DNA from: an uncultured Bacteroidota bacterium
Lineage (GTDB): Bacteria > Bacteroidota > Bacteroidia > Bacteroidales > WCHB1-69
Reading direction: 5' to 3'
Assembly (NCBI GenBank): GCA_902774175.1
Contig: CACYHG010000004.1
Coordinates: 6,673-70,672 of the forward strand
Length of the DNA: 64,000 bases
The first letter of the stretch is position 1, and the number at the start of each line of letters is the position of its first letter. A model generated the notes under the pieces. The model saw nothing but the letters and a program-made list of their open reading frames with translations, was not told the origin of the DNA and ran no database searches. Made by a program: the position numbers and the translations under genes. Shown piece by piece: positions 18,512 to 25,753 of this stretch.

Positions 18512-19267
18512 ATGATTTTCTACTTTTCAGGTTGCGGCAACAGCCGCTTTATTGCAAAAAGCATCTCAGAAGCGTTGGACGAGAGGTTAGTGTTCATTCC
18601 AGAGGCGGAGCGTAACGGCGATTATGACTATTCCTTAGCGAAGGATGGGCGCGTTGGCTTCGTGTTCCCGATTTATTCATGGTGCCCGCCGCAGTTAGTG
18701 GCGGATTACGTGAAAAAACTGCATTTCGACCGGCAGCCCTCATACGTATGGATGGCGGTCACCTGCGGGGATAACGGAGGCTATGCCGACCGCGTGTTTG
18801 CCGGACAGCTGCAGGAGGCCGGGCTCCCCATGCACGCCTGCTACTGCTTTGTGATGCCCAACACCTACATCAACATGTCATTCATGGGTATTGACAAGCC
18901 GGAGATATCACAGCGTAAAATAGAAACGGCAAAGGCGCATCTTCCCGAAGTCATTCAAGGGATTAGGGACAAAAAACCGGTGATGGAGCTGAAACGCGGC
19001 ATGTTCCCGAAGTTCAAGACCAATGTGATTGGGAAGAGTTTCCACAAATGGGTCTCCGACGAGCCGTTTTTCAGCACCGGCAGCTGCATTTCCTGCGGCA
19101 AATGCGTGAAGGTATGTCCGCTACAGAACATTACCTTGGAAAACGGCCGCCCGAAATGGAACGGACACTGCACCAATTGCGACGCATGCTACCACTATTG
19201 TCCGCAGCATGCCATACAGTTCGGCAAGGCCTCCAAAGGGAAGGGCCAGTACCATTTTCCGGAATAG
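18512..19267 (+). CDS. EFR1-type ferredoxin (flavodoxin-like N-domain plus 2x[4Fe-4S] motifs)
   Basis: The N-terminus is MIFYFSGCGNSRFIA. The Cys clusters are CISCGKCVKVCP and CTNCDACYHYCP. Confidence 0.7.
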   Translation: MIFYFSGCGNSRFIAKSISEALDERLVFIPEAERNGDYDYSLAKDGRVGFVFPIYSWCPPQLVADYVKKLHFDRQPSYVWMAVTCGDNGGYADRVFAGQLQEAGLPMHACYCFVMPNTYINMSFMGIDKPEISQRKIETAKAHLPEVIQGIRDKKPVMELKRGMFPKFKTNVIGKSFHKWVSDEPFFSTGSCISCGKCVKVCPLQNITLENGRPKWNGHCTNCDACYHYCPQHAIQFGKASKGKGQYHFPE

Positions 19268-19272
19268 CGGGT

Positions 19273-19833
19273 TTACCCGTTCGGGCGCAGCTTATGGTTC
19301 ACTTTGAAGCTCAGCCGGAGCGACTTGATTGAAGATTTGTTCAGATCGGCCTCGGCAGTGCGGTTTCCGCTCGTAAAATGGAAACAGAGGCGTTTGCGTT
19401 GCAGGAAACGCTTGACTACAATGCAGGTCGCCGTGCCATTCGCGCCCAACCTTTCGGCACCGGTGGCTAATCTGCAGGGGAACTCGACAGTGGTGCCCGG
19501 ATCCTTCTCCAAAAGGGCAAGCAGTGTGTCGGTGAAGGCGAAGGCCTCCTCCGGCGTTGCTCCCATCCAAATGAGGGTCTCATCCACATGGGCGACGGAC
19601 ATGTCGGTGATGTCGTCACGGACCATTTTAAGCAGCTCATATACATGGCTTACGCCCAAATAGTAGCCGAATGTGCCGTCCTCATCCTTATAGGTGAAGA
19701 TTGAGCTTTTGTATTCGTCGTTGATTTCGGCTTCCGCCACCTCCATCCGTAATCCGGCCGGAACCTCCTTGTTCTGGGCAAAGATGGAAACTGCAATGAA
19801 TGCAAGCGCAAAGGTGATAATGACTTTTCTCAT
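19273..19833 (-). CDS. Hypothetical secreted protein
   Basis: It has an ATG start and the signal peptide MRKVIITFALAFIAVSIFAQ. No family was recognised. Confidence 0.55.
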   Translation of the reverse strand: MRKVIITFALAFIAVSIFAQNKEVPAGLRMEVAEAEINDEYKSSIFTYKDEDGTFGYYLGVSHVYELLKMVRDDITDMSVAHVDETLIWMGATPEEAFAFTDTLLALLEKDPGTTVEFPCRLATGAERLGANGTATCIVVKRFLQRKRLCFHFTSGNRTAEADLNKSSIKSLRLSFKVNHKLRPNG

Positions 19834-19877
19834 GTGTGTGTTTTTACGTTATTATGATTGATTGTACTGAATAATGC

Positions 19878-21032
19878 TTACTTTTTCAATTCATTATATA
19901 GAGCCAGCCCCTTCACTGTCAACAGATACTTCTGGCGGGGATGGTTTGGGGATTGTGGATATAGCAGACGGACATATCCGTCGGTGATGGCAGGGTTAAG
20001 GTGATATTCAATGAAGTTTGGCCTGTGTTTTAAGCCGCTTTTAGCCATCAACTGGGAGACAGACAATTCTTCACAACCTATTTTTTGTATTAGTTCCACA
20101 ATTAAAGGATTATTTGTATGCAATAAATCTTTTACTTGTTCGGGTACTTGTTCGGGTACCTGTTCGGGTACTTGTTCGGGTAAGGACAGATTGGGCTGAA
20201 CGCTCCATTTTTCAGTAGGATGGATATGCAGGTAGCGGTTGCGCAAATCCCACTGTTCGCCAAGCAGTAGGTTGCGAAAGAAACGCTCCAGAAATACAGG
20301 AGAATAGTCAATGCCTTTCACAGCATTTTTGTAATTGGCGCGAACCAGCGCATTGCGGAAATACCATGAATGCAGTGCGAACATATCGTTGTTCACCCCA
20401 AAGCCGATGTGACGCAGATAAAGTATGGTAAACACCGCCGTAGTACGCGTGTTACCTTCTCCGAAGGCGTGTATCTGCCAAAGGCCGGAGACAAATCGGG
20501 TAATATGTCTGATAAGCTCGTTATGAGAAAGCCCCTTGTAACTGAAAGCCCGTTCTTGAGCAATGTCATAGTCCAATGCACGGTGCAAATCTTCCCAGTT
20601 CAAATAACGCACCGTGTCACCTTCCAACACCCACTCTTTTTTAGTGATGTTGTATTTGCGCAGTTCACCGGCATGTTTCATGACACCTTCAAAAATCTTA
20701 CGGTGCAATGAAACATACCCTCTAGTTGTAAAATCAATTGTGGCGGCTGAGAGAATCTCCTGGATGTTGTTTGAGACTGTGTCTGCCTCATGACGTTCGT
20801 CATCATCCGGCTCACGTTTGGTTTTAGTCTGATAATATTCCTTGATGAGACGCCTTACATCATCAGTGGAAATTTCTCCTTCAATGTGTCGTTGGGCCGT
20901 ATGCTTGAGATAGTCAGAAACCCGCAAACCGTCCACCGCCTGCAAACCTATGGCGGTCTGCCAGTTACGGGCTTTTTCCTGCTGAACAGGCTCAACCTGC
21001 CTGATATATTCGTCAAAATCCTCTTGCCTCAT
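19878..21032 (-). CDS. Fic/DOC family protein with a C-terminal winged-helix-like domain
   Basis: The Fic motif variant is HAFGEGNTRTTAVF. An internal (PEQV)x4 linker is present. The C-terminus is ...LKHRPNFIEYHLNPAITDGYV. Confidence 0.85.
   Translation of the reverse strand: MRQEDFDEYIRQVEPVQQEKARNWQTAIGLQAVDGLRVSDYLKHTAQRHIEGEISTDDVRRLIKEYYQTKTKREPDDDERHEADTVSNNIQEILSAATIDFTTRGYVSLHRKIFEGVMKHAGELRKYNITKKEWVLEGDTVRYLNWEDLHRALDYDIAQERAFSYKGLSHNELIRHITRFVSGLWQIHAFGEGNTRTTAVFTILYLRHIGFGVNNDMFALHSWYFRNALVRANYKNAVKGIDYSPVFLERFFRNLLLGEQWDLRNRYLHIHPTEKWSVQPNLSLPEQVPEQVPEQVPEQVKDLLHTNNPLIVELIQKIGCEELSVSQLMAKSGLKHRPNFIEYHLNPAITDGYVRLLYPQSPNHPRQKYLLTVKGLALYNELKK
20133..20180. repeat. 12-nt x 4 in-frame tandem repeat inside the Fic gene (encodes PEQVPEQVPEQVPEQV)
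   Basis: The unit tacttgttcggg is repeated at 20133, 20145, 20157 (one substitution) and 20169. Confidence 0.9.
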
Positions 21033-21046
21033 GACCTAACTCTATG

Positions 21047-21054
21047 CAAATATA
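21047..21054 (-). promoter_or_regulatory. Candidate -7 box TATATTTG for the Fic gene
   Basis: The reverse complement of caaatata matches TAnnTTTG. It lies 15 nt upstream of the Fic ATG (21032). Confidence 0.5.
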
Positions 21055-21220
21055 ACGCTCCGATTGCTGTTATATTGTGCCTCCCCACATTTTTTTGAAC
21101 CCTCCCACAATATTTTTTCAGCGGAAGCGTTATTTTTACGCCAATCTGAGCTTTCCCGTGGAAGCCCTTTATTTTGGCGATTTGGAATATTGTGAATGAA
21201 GAGGTAAAAAAAATAAACGG

Positions 21221-21439
21221 ATGATAGCCGGTTTTAGAAAGATAGACAGATTGTTATGGAAGCCGCTCGTTTGGAATCCGGCAGATGGAGAAAGCAGAAG
21301 GTACACCACATTAAAATCCCTTGAAAATGAATGCTGGCTGCAACTGAATGATTTTCCGGATGAACCTATGTGGACGCTATTTTTTAAAGGAGAAGAGAGA
21401 AATATTGAAGACACACCATTATTATGGAAAATCAATTAA
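21221..21439 (+). CDS. Hypothetical small protein (72 aa)
   Basis: It is an ATG ORF in an otherwise empty 560-bp gap. The sequence LQLNDFPDEPMWTLFFKGEERNIEDTPLLWKI looks protein-like. There is no family assignment and coding status is uncertain. Confidence 0.3.
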   Translation: MIAGFRKIDRLLWKPLVWNPADGESRRYTTLKSLENECWLQLNDFPDEPMWTLFFKGEERNIEDTPLLWKIN

Positions 21440-21535
21440 AATATTGACAATAAATCCACATTCACTCTTTGAGAAAGTCTTATCTCATATATTTCTGTTT
21501 TATTGTGTACCCGTCATGCTTTTTTCATAAAATCC

Positions 21536-21597
21536 TCCTGCTTGATGTATTGGAAATGGTTCCCCAGTTCCTTGCAGCCATGAAGCCCGGTGAATTT
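21536..21597. repeat. 62-bp direct repeat, copy A (flanks the TA cassette on the toxin side)
   Basis: It is 56/62 identical to 22220-22281, and the first 47 nt differ at only 1 position. Confidence 0.9.
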
Positions 21598-21871
21598 ATT
21601 TTTCAAACAGTTCCCTGTGACTGCCCAATCTGACCAGTTGGATGATGTCATTTTTTTTGTCATACCATATCAGCAAAAAATCACCCTGGATATGACACTC
21701 CATACAGTTTTTGAATTTTCCATGAAGCTTATGGGGAAACAGCTCTGCCGGGACAGGTTTGCCATTTTGCAGCAGTAAAAGAACACTTTTAAGCAGTGCG
21801 ATTTTTTCAGGGTCGTTTTTTATTCGCTTGAAATCTTTCCTGAATTGGGTAGTGGGTTGTAGTTTTTTCAT
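21596..21871 (-). CDS. yafQ: YafQ-family (RelE/ParE superfamily) type II toxin, mRNA interferase
   Basis: FRKDFKRIKND...HKLHGKFKNCMECHIQGDFLLIWY...RLGSHRELF is typical of YafQ. Its ATG overlaps the antitoxin stop (ATGA at 21868-21871). Confidence 0.8.
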   Translation of the reverse strand: MKKLQPTTQFRKDFKRIKNDPEKIALLKSVLLLLQNGKPVPAELFPHKLHGKFKNCMECHIQGDFLLIWYDKKNDIIQLVRLGSHRELFEK

Positions 21872-22119
21872 TCCGCCGCATTCAAATCGTTAAACAGTTC
21901 GTCCACATTTCCATAAACTTTATTTGGGTTGCGTCCTGACATGGCTTCGGCAATGGCCGCCTTTGTCACAGCATTGGGTTCATCACATACCGCATCAAGC
22001 AGCACACATTCCACATAGTTGTTAAGCGTCCTGTTCACTTTGGCGGCATTCTGCTTCAAGATGTCCAAAAGGTCTGTCCGCAGGCGGAACGAAGTGTTCT
22101 TTCTCACAATTGTTTCCAT
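21868..22119 (-). CDS. Type II antitoxin (ribbon-helix-helix, RelB/DinJ-like) paired with YafQ
   Basis: The protein is 83 aa. The N-terminal FRLRTDLLDILKQNAAKVNRTLNNYVECVL is RHH-like. It is translationally coupled to the toxin gene. Confidence 0.65.
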   Translation of the reverse strand: METIVRKNTSFRLRTDLLDILKQNAAKVNRTLNNYVECVLLDAVCDEPNAVTKAAIAEAMSGRNPNKVYGNVDELFNDLNAAE

Positions 22120-22194
22120 TTGTAATACATTTAAATATTTTCAGCTGCAAAAGTAACACTTTTTTGAATCAAATGCCCGTTTTTTTTATTTTTT

Positions 22195-22329
22195 TCATTC
22201 ACCCGCTTTTCCCAGCCCTTCCTGCTTGATGTATTGGAAATGGTTTCCCAGTTCCTTGCAGCCATGGAATCCCGTAAATTTGCGGAGCTTGTCGATAATC
22301 GGTTGCAGATGTTCATTTTTGATAATCAT
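22195..22329 (-). CDS. Small ORF (44 aa) translationally coupled to the DUF2238 gene; its 3' part is duplicated beyond the TA cassette
   Basis: The ATG at 22329 overlaps the DUF2238 stop (ATGA). The product is MIIKNEHLQPIIDKLRKFTGFHGCKELGNHFQYIKQEGLGKAGE. A second copy of the KFTG(L/F)HGCKELGNHFQYIKQE coding sequence lies at 21536-21597. Confidence 0.3.
   Translation of the reverse strand: MIIKNEHLQPIIDKLRKFTGFHGCKELGNHFQYIKQEGLGKAGE
22220..22281. repeat. 62-bp direct repeat, copy B (flanks the TA cassette on the antitoxin side)
   Basis: See copy A. Copy B lies inside the small ORF at 22195-22329. Confidence 0.9.
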
Positions 22330-22955
22330 GATATTTTTTCTTTGAAAGAAAAGCATTTGATGGCAAGTATTATCATCAAGGCACACAACGAACCGACAAG
22401 GCAGCAGAACATATCCGATTGTGTATCCCATATATAGCCTTGTGTGCCGAGAAAGGCCTCCGTATCCGTAGGATTAGACAGGGAAGCCAACCATTCTATG
22501 ATTTCATAGACAGCCGAAATCATCATGGCGACGCTGAATGAGAGAAAAGTTATCCAACCATATGATTTCAATGTTGTTTTTCTGCTAAGAATCTCCACTG
22601 CTATTAGCGTTGGGGTAAAACCTTGCATAAAATGCCCTATTTTGTCGTAATTGTTGCGGGTAAAACCAAACCAATCCTGCATTCGGTAACCCAATGGCAC
22701 TTCAGCATATGAATAATGTGCACCTACCAGCATTACAATAATATGGAGCAACATTATCACATACATCCAGTTTGGAAAGCGGAAACGCTTACATGTCAGC
22801 ACCAACACCATTACCCAAAGAATGGCGGGTAAAGCCTCTAGCATCCATGTCAGATAGGTATCTTGTACATCAACAACCGACCAAACCAATACACCAACTG
22901 CTACCAACAATAACAAGGCGGGAAATCCCCATTTTATAAAAAAGCTATCTTTCAC
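22326..22955 (-). CDS. DUF2238 (YjdF-like) inner-membrane protein
   Basis: It is multi-TM. The segment HYSYAEVPLG...FGFTRNNYDKIGHFMQGF resembles DUF2238. The start codon is GTG at 22955. Confidence 0.6.
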   Translation of the reverse strand: MKDSFFIKWGFPALLLLVAVGVLVWSVVDVQDTYLTWMLEALPAILWVMVLVLTCKRFRFPNWMYVIMLLHIIVMLVGAHYSYAEVPLGYRMQDWFGFTRNNYDKIGHFMQGFTPTLIAVEILSRKTTLKSYGWITFLSFSVAMMISAVYEIIEWLASLSNPTDTEAFLGTQGYIWDTQSDMFCCLVGSLCALMIILAIKCFSFKEKIS

Positions 22956-22972
22956 TTTTATTGAGATTCAAA

Positions 22973-23458
22973 TTATTCACGAAATTCATTAATGAAATGG
23001 TATACTTGTCCTGTTACCTTATCAAATACAAGAAGATGTTGTAGCGGTGTTCTTGTGCATTTATAGAATTCAAGACTATCGGGATGTTCGCACCAACGCC
23101 ACTCCACATATTCAGGGTATGTTTCTTCGGATGGCAGTTGAATATTGTTGAGTATATATTCTTTGTCGCATGAGACAAGAACAGAGTCGGGAACAATCTC
23201 AACATAGGAACACGTCTTTGCCATTAATGCATTTTCGACTTCGGCAGGTATGGCTTTGTATCGAAAACAATAGTTATAGAAAATCACATCGTCAATTTTT
23301 ATTCCATCGCAGTCTTTCCCTTTCAAGTCAGAATAAAGAGAACCGATATGGCATTCTGTTATTGCACAGTTTGTTATCACGCTTTCAACTTTATTTTTTA
23401 TTCTCGTGCAGGCAGAAAGTGTAAGGAGAACTACGCATAGTATCAAAGTTTTCTTCAT
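22973..23458 (-). CDS. Hypothetical lipoprotein
   Basis: The lipobox is MKKTLILCVVLLTLSAC. The mature part is Cys-rich. No family was recognised. Confidence 0.55.
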   Translation of the reverse strand: MKKTLILCVVLLTLSACTRIKNKVESVITNCAITECHIGSLYSDLKGKDCDGIKIDDVIFYNYCFRYKAIPAEVENALMAKTCSYVEIVPDSVLVSCDKEYILNNIQLPSEETYPEYVEWRWCEHPDSLEFYKCTRTPLQHLLVFDKVTGQVYHFINEFRE

Positions 23459-23574
23459 TTCATAAATCTTTAAATATTCATCAATAATAAAGCTATGATG
23501 TGTGTTTTATTGTATTTCGGAGATGTGTGTCTATTCTCTTTCTAATTTTGGGTTAATCTTATTTTGGGATTATA

Positions 23575-24363
23575 TCATTGCACAGTGAAAGCGTATCTCT
23601 TTTCCTTTAATGCCTGTCTGATTTCATCATCCAATTGATCTTCATCATACTTTGTTGACCAATAATCGTTTTCATTGACTTTTTTGAAATTGAGGAGATA
23701 GTCGGTTCGTAGTCGCGACACGAAATAGAAATATTCCGGTTTTATTTCATTGCTTGTCACAAAATCATAGTTGTCCTCTCCGGAAAAAATACGCAATCCT
23801 TTGTCTATCGGAAACGAAGACGAGGTGGAATGATATTCGCAAAACCCCTCAATCTTCCAATTCTCTGTACGCATTTTGATGAAAAAGCGAACCGCACCAA
23901 GTTTTTCCCGTTCATAATGATGAAGAGCTTCGTGCAATAAAACCGAGGAAAGACTGCGTGACAAAAGTTCCGTTTTTCGTGGTTCTATAGAATTTTTCGC
24001 CCAGTCGCACGGTCGGAAAAAGGTTGCCTTCAGACCTGTTCGCGATAAAGCAAGAGGTTTGCCAATCGCAATAGCCTTAATATGAAACTCGGCCATTGTT
24101 CGGCATAAATAGACAGAAATATTTGGAGAATACTCGCTGTCAACCTCCGATAATTGAACTCTAAGAGTTTCTGTCATTTGCTTAGCCTCCTCTTTATGAC
24201 CAACGCCATCGGCATATATGGTAATGCCGTTTTTGGAATAGGCTTTTTTAAGACCTATGCCACATGCCAAGCGATAGGTCGAAGCCAAAAGGAGCAAAAC
24301 AGCCACACTCGCAAGTGCCGTGATGATAATTCTTTTCCTATTCTTTCTCGCTACTTTGTGCAT
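23575..24363 (-). CDS. Membrane-anchored hypothetical protein with an HEXXH motif (putative zinc metalloprotease)
   Basis: The N-terminal anchor is IIITALASVAVLLLLAS. The LLHEALHHYE motif is present. The family is not recognised. Confidence 0.5.
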   Translation of the reverse strand: MHKVARKNRKRIIITALASVAVLLLLASTYRLACGIGLKKAYSKNGITIYADGVGHKEEAKQMTETLRVQLSEVDSEYSPNISVYLCRTMAEFHIKAIAIGKPLALSRTGLKATFFRPCDWAKNSIEPRKTELLSRSLSSVLLHEALHHYEREKLGAVRFFIKMRTENWKIEGFCEYHSTSSSFPIDKGLRIFSGEDNYDFVTSNEIKPEYFYFVSRLRTDYLLNFKKVNENDYWSTKYDEDQLDDEIRQALKEKRYAFTVQ

Positions 24364-24366
24364 ATA

Positions 24367-24537
24367 CTATTTGACAGCGTCCTTGTTATTTTTTTGTTTC
24401 TTATGGTGTCCCGGTCCTTTCGGGAACCAGCCCTTTTCCACACGCTTGCGTTGTTTTACAAGTTCCAGTATCGACCAAAGGCTGCTGAATCCCACCACAC
24501 CCAATATAATGGAAAAAATGCCGTGCAGAATTTCCAT
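24367..24537 (-). CDS. Small single-TM protein (56 aa), below the ORF-track length cutoff
   Basis: Own translation gives MEILHGIFSIILGVVGFSSLWSILELVKQRKRVEKGWFPKGPGHHKKQKNNKDAVK. It stops 3 nt before the start of the HEXXH gene. Confidence 0.3.
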   Translation of the reverse strand: MEILHGIFSIILGVVGFSSLWSILELVKQRKRVEKGWFPKGPGHHKKQKNNKDAVK

Positions 24538-24633
24538 TATTTTTGTCGTGTTTTTGAAGTTTGGTGCTTATTAAATAGTTTTCTCTATTGTTTAATAATA
24601 ACAAAGGGATTTTAATCTATTTATTGTGATGTT

Positions 24634-25176
24634 CTAATTCATCAGCCTGCTTTCGCCCCAGGTGTATTGCAGGTAGGCCTTTTTCAGGTCGGAGGCGGAG
24701 CCTTCCACGCCGCTGCCGCCGCTGGTGGCGAACACATTGAGCACCTTTCCGCTGAGGTCGTGCGCCTCGATGAAGGTGTTGACAATAGTGGGTGCGGTGT
24801 ACCACCACACAGGGAAACCGATCCAGACAGTGTCGTATTGGGCGATGTTCCCACAAACTCCCTTGATGGCGGGACGGGAACTCTTGTCCTTCATCTCCAC
24901 GGTGGAGCGGGAGTTCTTGTCGCGCCAGTCGAGGTCGGCGGCGGTATAGGGAGTTTCAGGCGTGATCTCGTAGAGGTCGGCATTGAACTCGCGGGCAAGT
25001 TTTTCGGCGGCGGCCTTCGTGTTGCCGGTGGCTGAGAAATAAACGATTAAGGTCTTTTTCATGTCGTTGTTGTTTTGAGTGTTGTCGTTTTGGATGTTGC
25101 TGTTTCTGTTGTTTTTCTGCGCACAGGCCGTCATCATCAGGCAGCAGGCGGCAAGGATAAAGGTGATATGTTTCAT
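24634..25176 (-). CDS. Flavodoxin-family protein with a lipoprotein signal peptide
   Basis: The lipobox is MKHITFILAACCLMMTAC. An N/Q-rich linker precedes KKTLIVYFSATGNTKAAAEKLA. ATG at 25176 is preferred over the TTG at 25182. Confidence 0.8.
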   Translation of the reverse strand: MKHITFILAACCLMMTACAQKNNRNSNIQNDNTQNNNDMKKTLIVYFSATGNTKAAAEKLAREFNADLYEITPETPYTAADLDWRDKNSRSTVEMKDKSSRPAIKGVCGNIAQYDTVWIGFPVWWYTAPTIVNTFIEAHDLSGKVLNVFATSGGSGVEGSASDLKKAYLQYTWGESRLMN

Positions 25177-25226
25177 GTTCAAACGGGTTTTATGAGATTG
25201 AATTCGGATATTTCTGAAAACAAAGA

Positions 25227-25670
25227 TTATAGAATCTGCGCCGTATGGTTCTTGGTGTCCACCTTGCCGATGGCATCAATGATTATTCCATTCTCGTCAA
25301 TGACGTAGGTGGTGCGGAGCGTCCCTTCGGTCACCTTGCCGTACATCTTTTTCTCACCCCAGGCCTCGTATGCCTTCAATATGGTGAGCTCCGTGTCGGC
25401 GATGAGGTGGAACGGCAGGCTGTACTTGGCGATGAACCGCTGGTGCGAGGCGGCGCTGTCCCTGCTTACCCCAAGCACCTGATAGCCCAACGCGAGGAAA
25501 CGCTGGTAGTTGTCGCGCAGGTCGCAGGCCTCGGCGGTGCAGCCCGGGGTGCTGTCCTTGGGATAGAAGTAAAGTACAAGTTTCTTTCCGGCGAAATCGC
25601 TCAGCCGGACAAGGTTCCCGTTTTCGTCATGCCCTTCAAAATATGGGGCTTTTGTTCCTTTCTGTAACAT
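25227..25670 (-). CDS. bcp: Thiol peroxidase Bcp (peroxiredoxin)
   Basis: The motif FYPKDSTPGCTAEAC is present and the protein is about 148 aa. ATG at 25670 is preferred over the TTG at 25676. Confidence 0.9.
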   Translation of the reverse strand: MLQKGTKAPYFEGHDENGNLVRLSDFAGKKLVLYFYPKDSTPGCTAEACDLRDNYQRFLALGYQVLGVSRDSAASHQRFIAKYSLPFHLIADTELTILKAYEAWGEKKMYGKVTEGTLRTTYVIDENGIIIDAIGKVDTKNHTAQIL

Positions 25671-25753
25671 GGTCAATATGGTTTTATTGGTTTATAACGT
25701 TATTGTTTGAGGGTTTATTGCATTTTCGGCAGGAAAAAAGTGGAATCTCCCTG

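Noticed and set aside
21169-21435. Minus-strand 88-aa ORF opposite the 72-aa ORF
   Set aside because: It is Ser/Phe-rich low-complexity sequence. The plus-strand alternative looks more protein-like, though it is itself uncertain.
24154-24615. Plus-strand 153-aa ORF
   Set aside because: It lies antisense to the HEXXH gene and the small TM ORF, and has no coding features.
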